From positions 544,001 to 608,000 of the forward strand of contig JAWABJ010000001.1 of NCBI GenBank assembly GCA_038884755.1: a stretch of DNA of 64,000 bases. The letters run 5' to 3'. Numbering within the stretch: position 1 is the first letter of the stretch; each line of letters begins with the position of its first letter. The notes beneath the pieces were generated by a model. The model had not been told where the DNA came from and did no database searches. It was given only the letters and a program-made list of their open reading frames with translations. This document shows, in pieces, positions 10,692-19,778 of the stretch. Origin of the DNA: Candidatus Norongarragalinales archaeon. Lineage in GTDB: Archaea; Micrarchaeota; Micrarchaeia; Norongarragalinales; Norongarragalinaceae. The position numbers and the translations under genes are program-made.

Positions 10692-11117
10692 TTATTGCAG
10701 GACCGTGACCTTGCCGCCGGCAGCCTCGATTTTCTCTTTGGCTTTGGCGGAAAAAGCTTTCGCCTTGACGTCGAGCTTGTGCGCAAGCTTGCCGTTTGAA
10801 AGGATTTTCGCGCGCGGGAGCTCGAGGGGGTAAAACCCGTCGGCTTCCTTAATCTCGCCTTTAGCTATTTTCTGGGAAATCTGTTCGAGCGTGACTTCCT
10901 GCATAGCGCCTTGCGAATGGAAAAATCCTTGCTCTCCGCGCTCGCTCTTGTTCTTCTCGCCTTGCTTTATGGTTCGCAGCCAGTTGTGCTTGTGGAACCC
11001 TGCTCTTCCTACCCCGCCGCGGTTGCCCTTGCCCCTGCGGTTTTTGGCGTTGCCGCCGCCGAAACTGCGGTTGCCTGCGTACTTTCTTTTCTTCGCGCTT
11101 TTAACCCGTCTAGCCAT
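10692..11117 (-). CDS. rpl15: 50S ribosomal protein uL15
   Basis: RRGKGNRGGVGRAG; KILSNG; FSAKAKEKIEAAGG. Confidence 0.96.
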   Translation of the reverse strand: MARRVKSAKKRKYAGNRSFGGGNAKNRRGKGNRGGVGRAGFHKHNWLRTIKQGEKNKSERGEQGFFHSQGAMQEVTLEQISQKIAKGEIKEADGFYPLELPRAKILSNGKLAHKLDVKAKAFSAKAKEKIEAAGGKVTVLQ

Positions 11118-11126
11118 AAAATCAAC

Positions 11127-11462
11127 TTAGTGAAGCATTTTTTTGATTAGTTCGTTTATTTTTTCTCCCCTTGCGCCCAAATCCCCTCGGGGATAGTGGT
11201 TTCTAGTGTCTTTCCAGCCGCCAACGGGGTTGTTGAGCCTGTAGACCGCGCTTTTCGAATCCCTTTTTTTCAAAGCTTCGACAGTTTCCTTGGAAGCTTC
11301 CCCCCAGGTTGCGTAATCCCTTATTTGCTGGAGCATCTTCGGGTCTGGTTTTTCCACGAGCACGCAGTGGTTCTTGCGCGTCAAGTGCATTTGGTCGAGC
11401 GCGTAGCGTATGCGGTGGGTTACGCCGTGCACTCCCCTTACTCTCACGATTGCTATGACCAT
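11127..11462 (-). CDS. rpl30: 50S ribosomal protein uL30 (short form)
   Basis: AIVRVRG...KNHCVLV...ATWGE...GDLGARGEKINELIKKM; position between uS5 and uL15. Confidence 0.93.
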   Translation of the reverse strand: MVIAIVRVRGVHGVTHRIRYALDQMHLTRKNHCVLVEKPDPKMLQQIRDYATWGEASKETVEALKKRDSKSAVYRLNNPVGGWKDTRNHYPRGDLGARGEKINELIKKMLH

Positions 11463-11464
11463 GT

Positions 11465-12079
11465 TCAAGCACCCTTAGCCTGCGTTCCCTTCTTGAGCTT
11501 GTTGAGCGAGTTCAGCGCGCCGATCGTCGCGAGGACGGTGTTGAGGATGTTGCGCGTCCTTCCCTTGGAGAAAGTCCAGCAGTCCTTTATTCCAGCCATT
11601 TCCAAAACCTTGCGCGAATTCTCGCCTGCAACTATCCCCACGCCTCTCGGCGCGGGTTTTATCGTTATTTCGGTAGAACCGTTGAACCCGTGCACGGTAA
11701 GCGGAATCGAGTGTTCCGAACCGCAGCCGCACTCCCAGCTTCCGCAGCCAAGCGGAATTTTTATCAAGTTCATTTTCGCGTCGCGTATTGCCTTTGCAAT
11801 CGCATCGCGCGTTTCCGCGCCCTTGCCGACGCCTATGCCTATGAAGCCCCTGCGGTTTCCGAGGATTACGACGGCGCGCATTTGCTGTTTCCTGCCGTAG
11901 GCGGTCATCCTCTGCGTGCTCGTGATTTGCAGAACTTCGTCCGACAGGTCTGGAACGAGAATGTCGATTATTTGCGGTTCCAGCACCTTCAGGTTATTCT
12001 CGAAAATCTGGTCGAACGAGGTTATTTCCCCGGCCAAGACTTTCTTTCCAAGAGTCGTTTTCGCAATCCAGTCAACCAT
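11465..12079 (-). CDS. rps5: 30S ribosomal protein uS5
   Basis: GCGSWECGCG, PAPRGVGIVAG, AGIKDCWT. Confidence 0.97.
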   Translation of the reverse strand: MVDWIAKTTLGKKVLAGEITSFDQIFENNLKVLEPQIIDILVPDLSDEVLQITSTQRMTAYGRKQQMRAVVILGNRRGFIGIGVGKGAETRDAIAKAIRDAKMNLIKIPLGCGSWECGCGSEHSIPLTVHGFNGSTEITIKPAPRGVGIVAGENSRKVLEMAGIKDCWTFSKGRTRNILNTVLATIGALNSLNKLKKGTQAKGA

Positions 12080-12097
12080 TTTGATTCACGCACCCTT

Positions 12098-12604
12098 TCA
12101 AGCTTTAACCCCAGCCAGTATTTTTTGTTTCGCCTGCGCGAACTGCGCGTCAGAACCCAAGTGTTTTCCGCTCAAGCGCTCTTCCGAAGGCATTTTTTCC
12201 TGCCCGAAGTTCGCCTTGAGCCCAGCGTCAACCGCGCCTTTGAGGACCGCAAAGACGACCGAACCTTTAGTGGGGGAATGCAATCCCACGTCGAGCACTA
12301 TTTCTCCCACGCCCTTCGCTTTTGCCTTGACTCCGCACAACAATCCCGTCAAGTAAGCGGAAGGGGTGTTTGCTTTTCCGTTGAACCCGAAAGCGTTCAA
12401 CGCTTTGGAAGTGACGCTCGCGAGCGTGGAGTCGCCTTTCTCCCCCCAGGAGGTTATTTGCGCGATGATAAAGCGGTTTGTTTTTCTGACCACAAGCCGG
12501 GGCTTTCCGCTTTTCACGAAAGCGAGGCGCTTTGCGTAGTCGGTCTTTCCCTCGCGCCTTCTCTTGAAATGCACGGAATACAAAGGTCCGGTTGCTCTAG
12601 CCAT
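12098..12604 (-). CDS. rpl18: 50S ribosomal protein uL18
   Basis: RRREGKTDYAKR, RLVVRKTN, NTPSAYLTG, LDVGL. Confidence 0.96.
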   Translation of the reverse strand: MARATGPLYSVHFKRRREGKTDYAKRLAFVKSGKPRLVVRKTNRFIIAQITSWGEKGDSTLASVTSKALNAFGFNGKANTPSAYLTGLLCGVKAKAKGVGEIVLDVGLHSPTKGSVVFAVLKGAVDAGLKANFGQEKMPSEERLSGKHLGSDAQFAQAKQKILAGVKA

Positions 12605-12687
12605 TTTCAAACACTCTTCCAGTCTTTCTTCATTTTGGTTTTTTCGTACTGAATTTTCTTTTTTCCAAAAAAAAAAAAGAAAATTCT

Positions 12688-13122
12688 TCACTTGAGCAGC
12701 TTGTTTTCCCTAGCGTAGGAAAGCAGTTGCTTTTTCGTCTTGAACAAATTGCCTTTTATCATTGAATACAATTTCCTGTAAGCGCCTTGCGCCAGGCCAC
12801 TCTTCATGCTTTTCAAAACCTTTCTTTGCGAGCGGACTTTCTCCACCCACCGTTCTTTCCTGCTTTTGCCGGCGAAAGACGCGCCTTTCCTGCTTCCAGG
12901 CCCGCGCCTTCTTCCCGAGTGCACGCGCGATTGCTTGAACCTGGCCTTGTTTCGCCCTACGCCTTTCTTCTGTTCTATCACGACGGCGCCTTCCTTGATT
13001 AGCGAGCGCGCGTCGTCGCGGGTCAAGGCTTCCTTGGCCCTGGCCGCGTCGATTATCTTCACTCTCGACTCGCCTGCGTTGGCGATGCTTGCAACCAGCC
13101 TTCGAACGGTCTTCAAACCCAT
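12688..13122 (-). CDS. rpl19e: 50S ribosomal protein eL19
   Basis: GRRRGPGSRKG, WVEKVRSQR, YRKLYSMIKGNLF. Confidence 0.95.
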   Translation of the reverse strand: MGLKTVRRLVASIANAGESRVKIIDAARAKEALTRDDARSLIKEGAVVIEQKKGVGRNKARFKQSRVHSGRRRGPGSRKGASFAGKSRKERWVEKVRSQRKVLKSMKSGLAQGAYRKLYSMIKGNLFKTKKQLLSYARENKLLK

Positions 13123-13139
13123 TTTGCAAAAACCTTTTT

Positions 13140-13499
13140 TCACTCGTTCAGAATTCTCAGCTTGAGCTTTTTCGCTTCGGCAACCAAAACTGCTTTTTTC
13201 TTTCTTCCCAGGGTTGCGGAAAAACGCACTGCAACGCCGCTCAGCCCCGCCAAGTCGCGCATCGAGCGCACGAGAATTTCCTTCAGCCCGTTCGGGTGCA
13301 GTCCCCTTTCGCTCTTGGCAGTCCTGAACCCGATTTTGGGGAGAAACCCGTAACCGCCTTTCTTGATACGGAGTTTGTTGTCAATGCCTCGCGGTTTTCT
13401 CCACGCTTCCCCGACGCGCTTTTTCTGCGCGCGGTTTTGCCTGGCGAACTTAGGCAGTTTTCTTGCAACCTGTTTTTTCACTTGAGAATTTTCAGCCAT
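13140..13499 (-). CDS. rpl32e: 50S ribosomal protein eL32
   Basis: WRKPRGIDNK, RGLHPNG, LRILN. Confidence 0.96.
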   Translation of the reverse strand: MAENSQVKKQVARKLPKFARQNRAQKKRVGEAWRKPRGIDNKLRIKKGGYGFLPKIGFRTAKSERGLHPNGLKEILVRSMRDLAGLSGVAVRFSATLGRKKKAVLVAEAKKLKLRILNE

Positions 13500-13513
13500 T
13501 CAAACCAACTTTT

Positions 13514-14020
13514 TCAAGAGTAGTAAATCCCGTCTTGGAACACGCGCGCGTCGCGCTTGGTGATGCGCGTCGCCTTGCGGATGTTCGACGCGGTTTGCCC
13601 GACGGCTTCGATGTCGGAACTCGAAACGATTATGTCCTGGCCTTTCACTTCCACTTTCGCGTCCCCGATTACTTTCGCCTTCCTGGGCGTCTTTTCGCCA
13701 AGAAAGTTTTTGATGAAAATGTCCTTTCCCTTCACTTCCACGGTCACGGGAAAGTGCGAGTACACCACCTGCATTTTCTTTTCGAACTTTTCCGAAACGC
13801 CGGCAAACAGGTTTTTCAAGTGCGCTTCCACGGTCTTGACCGCAGCGTGGGACTTGCGCGTTTGCTTCGCCTTCAGCGCGATTACGACTTCCCCGTTCTC
13901 CACTTTCGCGCTGACTACGCGCGAGTCGAAAGGCTTTTCCAGAGAACCCTGCTTTCCTTTGACCACAAGCTTTCCTTCAGCAATTTCCACGGTCACTCCT
14001 TCAGGAATTTTCACGCCCAT
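13514..14020 (-). CDS. rpl6: 50S ribosomal protein uL6
   Basis: IPEGV, YSHFP, NFLGEK, RDARVFQDGIY. Confidence 0.97.
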   Translation of the reverse strand: MGVKIPEGVTVEIAEGKLVVKGKQGSLEKPFDSRVVSAKVENGEVVIALKAKQTRKSHAAVKTVEAHLKNLFAGVSEKFEKKMQVVYSHFPVTVEVKGKDIFIKNFLGEKTPRKAKVIGDAKVEVKGQDIIVSSSDIEAVGQTASNIRKATRITKRDARVFQDGIYYS

Positions 14021-14036
14021 TCAAACCACGCACATG

Positions 14037-14432
14037 CTAATACACGAAGCACAACAGCCTTCCGCCCAGGTTCTTTTCCTGCGCGTCCTTGTGACCCATT
14101 ATCCCTTGCGGGGTGGAAACCACGAGAATCCCCACTCCCTTGGCTGGCAAAAACCTGGTTTCGAACTTTTCCCAAGTTTTTTTCGACACGGAAAAGCGCG
14201 GCTTTACCGCGCCCGCGTCGTTGAGCTTTCCGGCTAGGGTAACGACGAACTCGCCGCTCTTGCCGTCGTCGACGAACTTGAACTCGCCCACGTAGCCTTC
14301 CTTCTGCAAAAGCAGGAGAACTTCGCGGATGACTTTCGAGGCGGGCCTTATTTTCGCCTGCGTTCTGCCCTTGAGTTCGGCCACTTTCATGCAGTTCAAA
14401 GCGTTTGCGAGAGTATCCATTTTTTCAACCAT
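14037..14432 (-). CDS. rps8: 30S ribosomal protein uS8
   Basis: DTLANAL, DDGKSG, VKPRF, STPQGIM, GGRLL; start 14432 or 14420. Confidence 0.97.
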   Translation of the reverse strand: MVEKMDTLANALNCMKVAELKGRTQAKIRPASKVIREVLLLLQKEGYVGEFKFVDDGKSGEFVVTLAGKLNDAGAVKPRFSVSKKTWEKFETRFLPAKGVGILVVSTPQGIMGHKDAQEKNLGGRLLCFVY

Positions 14433-14477
14433 TTTTTGTTTTTTACTTTTTGATTTTTCTTTTTTCCAAAAAAAAAA

Positions 14478-14636
14478 TCATCCGTATTTCTTGAACCCGA
14501 GTTCCACGGCGTTCTCGCGGAAGCACTTCCGGCAGACGTACAAGCCGTACTTTTGAACCAAGCCGCGCACGTTCCCGCAAATCTTGCACTTGCGCAGGCC
14601 CCTGTGCTTGTACTTCGTGTCGAATTTTCCAGCCAT
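14478..14636 (-). CDS. rps14: 30S ribosomal protein uS14 (52 aa, below ORF-track cutoff)
   Basis: Manual translation [52 protein letters not shown]; position between uL5 and uS8. Confidence 0.96.
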   Translation of the reverse strand: MAGKFDTKYKHRGLRKCKICGNVRGLVQKYGLYVCRKCFRENAVELGFKKYG

Positions 14637-14662
14637 TTCAAAACCTTCTCCCATTCAAAAAA

Positions 14663-15169
14663 TCAAGATGCGATTTTCACTCCGTAAGCGCTTTCGAAAA
14701 AAACCCTGGCTTCGTCGGCCGAAACGCGTTGCTTGCGCGGCAGCTTTTTCTTGGCGATTCGTCTGTGCGAAATCCTCGTGCCTTTCTTGCGGAGGGAAAC
14801 GCAAACGTCGAACCCCATCATGCCAATTTTTGGGTCGTACTTCAAGCCCGGAAAGTCTATGTACTCCTTTATTCCGAAAGAAACGTTGCCGTTGTCGTCG
14901 AAGCTCCTGCGGGAAACCGTTTTTTCCACCGACTGCAGCGCGCGGACAAGCACTTCCTCGGCCTTTTTCCCTCTCAGGGTTATTTTGGTTCCTATCGGGT
15001 CTCCTTGTCTTACGTGGAACGCGGGATTGCGCGTCTTGGCGAGCGTCTGCACGGGATTCATGCCGGAAACGTTTTTCAAAAGCGTTTTCGCCGCTTCCAA
15101 AGCCTGCCCTCCTTCGCCCACGCCGATGTTGAGCGTCACTTTCTCCAAAAAAACCTTGTTCAAAACCAT
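14663..15169 (-). CDS. rpl5: 50S ribosomal protein uL5
   Basis: EKVTLNIGVGE, PIGTKITLRG, FDDNGNVSFGIKEYIDFPG. Confidence 0.97.
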   Translation of the reverse strand: MVLNKVFLEKVTLNIGVGEGGQALEAAKTLLKNVSGMNPVQTLAKTRNPAFHVRQGDPIGTKITLRGKKAEEVLVRALQSVEKTVSRRSFDDNGNVSFGIKEYIDFPGLKYDPKIGMMGFDVCVSLRKKGTRISHRRIAKKKLPRKQRVSADEARVFFESAYGVKIAS

Positions 15170-15189
15170 TGGAACCACGAGTGCGAAAA

Positions 15190-15897
15190 TCAAAACTTGT
15201 CGTCGACGACTATCAAATAATCTTTGAGGGTGATGAAGCTCTCGCCGCCGGCGTTCAACCGTGCTTCGGTCGCCTTGCTTCCAGCCCTTTCGAGCGTTTC
15301 TTCCAAAACGCCCACCGTTCCCGCGTGTTTTCCCTTGAATACGAGGCATTTTGCGCCTTTCTCCATTTTCAAAAACCCTTTGAGTTCCTGCTTGGGAATC
15401 GAGGTTACGACCGTGTCGCCGACCTTGAACTGGTCTTCCTCCTTTTCTATCACGAAATTGCGGGAATCGTGCAAGTTTAGCTGCACTTTCCCCTTGCCGG
15501 AAGTCGTTTTCCCGATTATGCGGCAGTATTTCGTTTTAGCCTGCGATTCGTCGATTTGCTTGAACGCCAGGGCGCCTTTTTGTACGATTACGCGGTAATA
15601 AACGCCGAGTTTCGCCACTGAAACCACGTCCATGAGGCCTACAGGCGTTCCCAAAAACTTTGTTTTCACGCCGTCTACCAAAACCTCTCCTGCGTTCAAA
15701 AGCCTTTTCGCTTGTCTCGAGTTCTCGACCAGCCCGAGCCTGTCTCTCAAAATCAAAAGCAGCGGAATGGAACTCTTTATGGAGTGTTTTCCGGGAATGG
15801 GTTTTTTCACCCACTGCGTTTTTCCCTTGCGGTGGATTTTAGTCGCCAAAGGCAGGTTTTGCCGGTTCAAGTGCCTTCTTTTTCCGTGTACAGCCAT
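15190..15897 (-). CDS. rps4e: 30S ribosomal protein eS4
   Basis: PGKH, LILRDRLG, PVGLMDVVS, QLNLHD, GKHAG. Confidence 0.96.
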   Translation of the reverse strand: MAVHGKRRHLNRQNLPLATKIHRKGKTQWVKKPIPGKHSIKSSIPLLLILRDRLGLVENSRQAKRLLNAGEVLVDGVKTKFLGTPVGLMDVVSVAKLGVYYRVIVQKGALAFKQIDESQAKTKYCRIIGKTTSGKGKVQLNLHDSRNFVIEKEEDQFKVGDTVVTSIPKQELKGFLKMEKGAKCLVFKGKHAGTVGVLEETLERAGSKATEARLNAGGESFITLKDYLIVVDDKF

Positions 15898-15903
15898 TCA
15901 AAA

Positions 15904-16287
15904 TCACTTTTTGCCTTGCTGATTCTTCTCGGTTGCAGGCGCTTTAGGCCTCGCCTTCCTGTCGCCCAATTGCAACGCGACCAAATGCGAAGGGTTCAAG
16001 CCAGCCAGGAATTCTTTTCCCCTCTGGTTTTTCACGGTAATCCCTTCGACGAAAACCTTGAGCGCGCCCAAATCAACGCGCGAAACCAAACCTTCCCTCT
16101 TCTTGTGCTTTCCCTTCAAAACCAAAACCTTGTCGCCCTTGCGTATTGCGACAGAGCGTTTTTTCATTTGCTTTCTCAGTTCCTTGCCCAAGTGCACAGA
16201 AACCAGCTTTTGCCGCAAGTGCAAAGGCGCTTGGAACAGCGCTTTCCGTTTCTTGCTCGGTTGCGATGAAACTTTTGAAAACTTCAT
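15904..16287 (-). CDS. rpl24: 50S ribosomal protein uL24
   Basis: SSQPSKKRK...APLH, IRKGDKV KOW motif. Confidence 0.95.
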   Translation of the reverse strand: MKFSKVSSQPSKKRKALFQAPLHLRQKLVSVHLGKELRKQMKKRSVAIRKGDKVLVLKGKHKKREGLVSRVDLGALKVFVEGITVKNQRGKEFLAGLNPSHLVALQLGDRKARPKAPATEKNQQGKK

Positions 16288-16314
16288 TCTGGAAAACACC
16301 AAAAATTCTTCAAG

Positions 16315-16716
16315 TCAAACGACTACCGACGCCACGCCGACCACTTTTGGAAAGCGCTCCGCGATTTCCCTCGCGACGCAACCCTTGATTTCCGTTCCCT
16401 TGGGAAGCCCTTGGTCGTCAATCAGCACGCAGGCGTTGTCTTCAAAGCGCACTCTTTGCTTTCCTCTCCTGAATTCCTTCTTCTGGCGGATTATGAGCGC
16501 TTTTTCCTTTTTCTTTATCATTTCCGGCTTAGAGGCTTTCTTTACCGCTACGGTCACGACCCCGCCGATTCCCACTCCCGGATACCGCCTCAAGCGCGTT
16601 CCCGCCTTCGCCACGCCGATTATTTCCACTATCTTGGCGCCGCTGTTGTCGTCGCAAACCAATTGCGTTCCGATCGTGAGCGCCTTGCCTACCCTTGCAG
16701 CCAAGCCGAGCGTCAT
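16315..16716 (-). CDS. rpl14: 50S ribosomal protein uL14
   Basis: CDDNSGAK, IIRQKKEFRR, FEDNACV, PKGTEIKGCVARE. Confidence 0.97.
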   Translation of the reverse strand: MTLGLAARVGKALTIGTQLVCDDNSGAKIVEIIGVAKAGTRLRRYPGVGIGGVVTVAVKKASKPEMIKKKEKALIIRQKKEFRRGKQRVRFEDNACVLIDDQGLPKGTEIKGCVAREIAERFPKVVGVASVVV

Positions 16717-16720
16717 TTTT

Positions 16721-17020
16721 TCATTCACCGCCTTGCTTTGCTTTCTTGATGAAAACGTGGCTTTTGGTTTTGGAAATCTTTCTGCACTCGCCGAACTCCA
16801 CGAAATCCCCTTCCTTGACGCTCTCGCAAGGCGGAACGTGAATGTGAACTTTCCCGCGCCTTTTCTCGAGGCGCTCGTACTTTCCAACCGGTTTTACCGA
16901 CGGGATTACGACCACCGCAGTGTATTTCGCTTTCGCGCTTACGACTACCCCCGTTCTCACGCTGCCGCGTACTCGCAAGTTCCCGTGCTTGGGGCAGTTC
17001 AAGTCGCTGCAAGAAACCAT
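16721..17020 (-). CDS. rps17: 30S ribosomal protein uS17
   Basis: CSDLNCPKHG, KYERLEKRR, ECRKISKTK. Confidence 0.96.
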   Translation of the reverse strand: MVSCSDLNCPKHGNLRVRGSVRTGVVVSAKAKYTAVVVIPSVKPVGKYERLEKRRGKVHIHVPPCESVKEGDFVEFGECRKISKTKSHVFIKKAKQGGE

Positions 17021-17092
17021 TTTACAAACCAACCTCATTCTAGAAACGCGAAAAAGCTTTTTGCGCTGGAAAAGCGTGTTCGCCGAAAACCC

Positions 17093-17419
17093 CTACCGCC
17101 TGGCGGAAAGCCTGGCGATTTTTTTCGTCCGGTCTTCAGGACGCGAAACCAAAAGCTCCCCGTCGGCTTTGACGCCTGCTCCGAGGAAAAAGAAAACGCA
17201 CCCGTTCTTGGGGACCGTTTTTCTTCCTTTTCCGGTTTCCAGGACGAAAGTGTTCTTAGTTTCGTCCGTTATTTTTCCTTCAAGGCCTTGAAAGCCTTTG
17301 TCGCTGCTCCATTCCACCCTCGCTTTTTCGCCGATGAGTTCTCCTGCGAGAAACTCCGCGGCGGAAGGCGAAAGGGAAGCCCAGCGCTTTCGGCTCAAAG
17401 CGGAAGCGTCAGTCTTCAT
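17093..17419 (-). CDS. rnp1: ribonuclease P protein Rpp29/POP4
   Basis: ELIG...GLEGKITDETKNT...VPK...RPEDR; conserved position. Confidence 0.9.
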   Translation of the reverse strand: MKTDASALSRKRWASLSPSAAEFLAGELIGEKARVEWSSDKGFQGLEGKITDETKNTFVLETGKGRKTVPKNGCVFFFLGAGVKADGELLVSRPEDRTKKIARLSARR

Positions 17420-17479
17420 AAACGCGTTTTTGAAGAAATGCGAGGATATAATCTGTCGGAAGGGCGAATAAAAACCTTT

Positions 17480-17803
17480 TCACTCGACCCGCGCCGTCTT
17501 GATTACTTCCTTGGGATACCCGATTTTCACGAGGTACTCGACAACTTTTCCCAAGTGTTCTCCCTGCAAAATCACCAGCCCTTTTTTCGCGGTCCCTCCG
17601 CATGCCAGCTTGTGCTTCAGCTCTTTCGCGACGCTGTCGAGCTCGCTGCCTTTCAAACCTTCCACGACAGTCACGAGCTTCTTGAAACGCTGGCGCGTGG
17701 TGTAAACTTTTATTTCCGCCTTGGTCTGCTTTTCGATTTCCTCGAAAACGCCTAATTCCTTAGGCAGTCCAGTCAAAGGGTCTATTTCGGAAATTGCATT
17801 CAC
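17480..17803 (-). CDS. translation initiation factor SUI1/aIF1
   Basis: DPLTGLPKEL, KLVTVVEG, LKHKLACGGT, LQGEH. Confidence 0.94.
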   Translation of the reverse strand: MNAISEIDPLTGLPKELGVFEEIEKQTKAEIKVYTTRQRFKKLVTVVEGLKGSELDSVAKELKHKLACGGTAKKGLVILQGEHLGKVVEYLVKIGYPKEVIKTARVE

Positions 17804-17826
17804 GCTCTACAATGCCCAGTTGGGGC

Positions 17827-18033
17827 TTACAAGCTTTTTTCTCCCTTTTGGGTTAATAATGTTAGTATTCTCGCTTTCAAGCGCTTTGCGCTGCGCAAGC
17901 GCCCGGCGTTGGAAGGCCTTCCCGAAGATTTCATCGCCGACAATTCCGCCGCGATTTCCCCTTCCGCTTCCTTGAGCTTGGACTTCAAATCGGCGGATGC
18001 CATCGCCTTCAAGTCTTTCTTTTTAATTCCCAT
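17827..18033 (-). CDS. rpl29: 50S ribosomal protein uL29
   Basis: KDLKAM...NAGRLRSAKRLKARILT; position after uS3. Confidence 0.92.
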   Translation of the reverse strand: MGIKKKDLKAMASADLKSKLKEAEGEIAAELSAMKSSGRPSNAGRLRSAKRLKARILTLLTQKGEKSL

Positions 18034-18052
18034 TTTTCAACACCAAAAACTT

Positions 18053-18739
18053 TTATTGCGCGGTTTCTTCCGCTTCCACCGCAACGACCGACTGCGCCGC
18101 AGCCGCTTCCGCCGCTTGTTTTTCAGCCAACGCCGCCGCTTTCGCGGCTTCGATTTTCTTCTTGTCGTAAAACACCGTTCCCGGAGGAACGATTTTGACT
18201 CTTATCCCTACAGCGCCTGCGCTCAAGTACGCGGTGTAATGCCCTTCATCCACTAGCTTGAGCTGGTCGCCGCTTTTCTTGAGGAATCCCGCTCTCGCGG
18301 AGAACGTTTTCGCCTTTCCTCCTTTTCCTACGACTTTTCCGGCAACGCGGATTTCCGCGCCCAACGCGCCAGCCCCCATTATTTCCTGCAAGGCCATCCT
18401 CATTATCGGCTTGATGTTGGGCTTGGTTTCTATCCTTCTCGCTATTTTTTCGGCCATGAGCCGCGCGTCCAACGCCGGCTTCGCCACTTCGATGACTTCA
18501 ATCTGGGGGTTTTCAATCGCAAAATCCCTTTCGAGAGTGTTGCACAAGTCTTTGATTGATTTTCCCTTCTTTCCCACGACCACGCCCGGCCTGCGAACTT
18601 CGACCATTATGCGTGTTGCAATGGGCGTCTTCTGTATTTCTATCTTGGAAACGCTCGCGCGCTCGAGCTCTTTGAACAGGAAACGCTTGACTTTCAAGTC
18701 GTTCAACGATTTTTTCAAAAACTTTTTCTCGACAGCCAA
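18053..18739 (-). CDS. rps3: 30S ribosomal protein uS3
   Basis: KTPIATRI, RPGVVVGKKG KH motif, GAEIRVAGK, GIRVKIVPP; TTG start after GGAGG. Confidence 0.96.
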   Translation of the reverse strand: MAVEKKFLKKSLNDLKVKRFLFKELERASVSKIEIQKTPIATRIMVEVRRPGVVVGKKGKSIKDLCNTLERDFAIENPQIEVIEVAKPALDARLMAEKIARRIETKPNIKPIMRMALQEIMGAGALGAEIRVAGKVVGKGGKAKTFSARAGFLKKSGDQLKLVDEGHYTAYLSAGAVGIRVKIVPPGTVFYDKKKIEAAKAAALAEKQAAEAAAAQSVVAVEAEETAQ

Positions 18740-18784
18740 CCAAACGACCTCCCGGACAAAATCAACAACATAAAAAACCAAAAA

Positions 18785-19375
18785 TCATTTCTTTTCTTCC
18801 TTCGCGGCTGGATTTGACGACCTGGACTTTTTTTCCTGCGCCGGTTTTTCCGCCTTCTTTTCCTGCTTTGCGCCCCCCTTCTTTTCAGCAGGCTGCCTTT
18901 CTCCAAGCACCAATTCCGCCCAGCACGTCACGTAATTGCTCCAAATCGACTGCTTTCCGTACCCGAGAGTGCGGGGGGAAGTAAAGTAGTTCTTGTAGCG
19001 CTTCAAAACGTTCTGCTTGTAAGCGGCCGCATGCTTTACGTACAAGGCGCTTTCGTCCATTCCCTTGTGCACTGCATTCGCCTTAGCGTTTTCAAGCAGG
19101 TCGAGCGCGATTTTGCATTCTTTCTTTGGGTAGCGGCCTTTCTTTCCGCCCAATTCGCTCCTGTGCCCGATGTGCTTGGCGTACTTGTGGTAGCGAATCG
19201 CCTTTTTCATCTCAACCGCGCCGTTGAGGATTGAAACCGCGTCGGCAACGGTCTTTCCTTTTATCGCCGCGAAAACCTGGCTCAAATCCTTGTAGCTGCA
19301 GTTCATGTCGTGCTGCTGCGCCTTGCTTGTTTTCACGCTTTCGTCTTCAACGACCGAATATTTGAACAAACCCAT
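18785..19375 (-). CDS. rpl22: 50S ribosomal protein uL22
   Basis: AIKGK, IGHR...GRYPKKEC, LLENAKANA; charged C-terminal tail. Confidence 0.95.
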   Translation of the reverse strand: MGLFKYSVVEDESVKTSKAQQHDMNCSYKDLSQVFAAIKGKTVADAVSILNGAVEMKKAIRYHKYAKHIGHRSELGGKKGRYPKKECKIALDLLENAKANAVHKGMDESALYVKHAAAYKQNVLKRYKNYFTSPRTLGYGKQSIWSNYVTCWAELVLGERQPAEKKGGAKQEKKAEKPAQEKKSRSSNPAAKEEKK

Positions 19376-19391
19376 TTTGCAAAACCCTTTT

Positions 19392-19778
19392 TTACTTGAG
19401 CTCGACGCTCTTGGAACCGCGCGTTGCGCCTATTCCGGGCCCGGAGTGCTTCACGAGCTTTATTGTTATCGCGTACTCTCCGAGCTTGCGCCCGAGCTTT
19501 TCAGGAGTGACGAGAACTTCAACGAATTCCTTGCCGTTGTGCACTAGAAACCTTTTTCCGAGCATTTCCGGAAGTATGACCATTTGCCGGTAATGCGTTT
19601 TCATGGGTTTTTTGCCGAAATCGTGCTTGCGCAGTTTTTCAATGAACTTTTTCACTTGCACGCCCATTCGCTTGAGCGTCCTTCGCGAGTTTGACGGGAC
19701 GAGGCGCAGGAAGTCGTCCATGCTCATGTCCGCTATCTTATCCACTTCGATTCCTTTGAACAACACTTGTCTAGCCAT
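19392..19778 (-). CDS. rps19: 30S ribosomal protein uS19
   Basis: KTHYRQMVILPEM, HNGKEF, LGEY, HSGPGIGATRGSK. Confidence 0.97.
   Translation of the reverse strand: MARQVLFKGIEVDKIADMSMDDFLRLVPSNSRRTLKRMGVQVKKFIEKLRKHDFGKKPMKTHYRQMVILPEMLGKRFLVHNGKEFVEVLVTPEKLGRKLGEYAITIKLVKHSGPGIGATRGSKSVELK

Noticed and set aside
12661..12691. Programmed frameshift or sequencing error at the poly-A run
   Set aside because: The run is intergenic; eL19 and uL18 are both complete without it
16058..17755. Long + strand ORF (565 aa) and similar antisense ORFs (e.g. 7937-8995, 11690-12652, 58513-60426, 61078-62586)
   Set aside because: Shadow frames opposite well-supported genes, with no recognisable motifs
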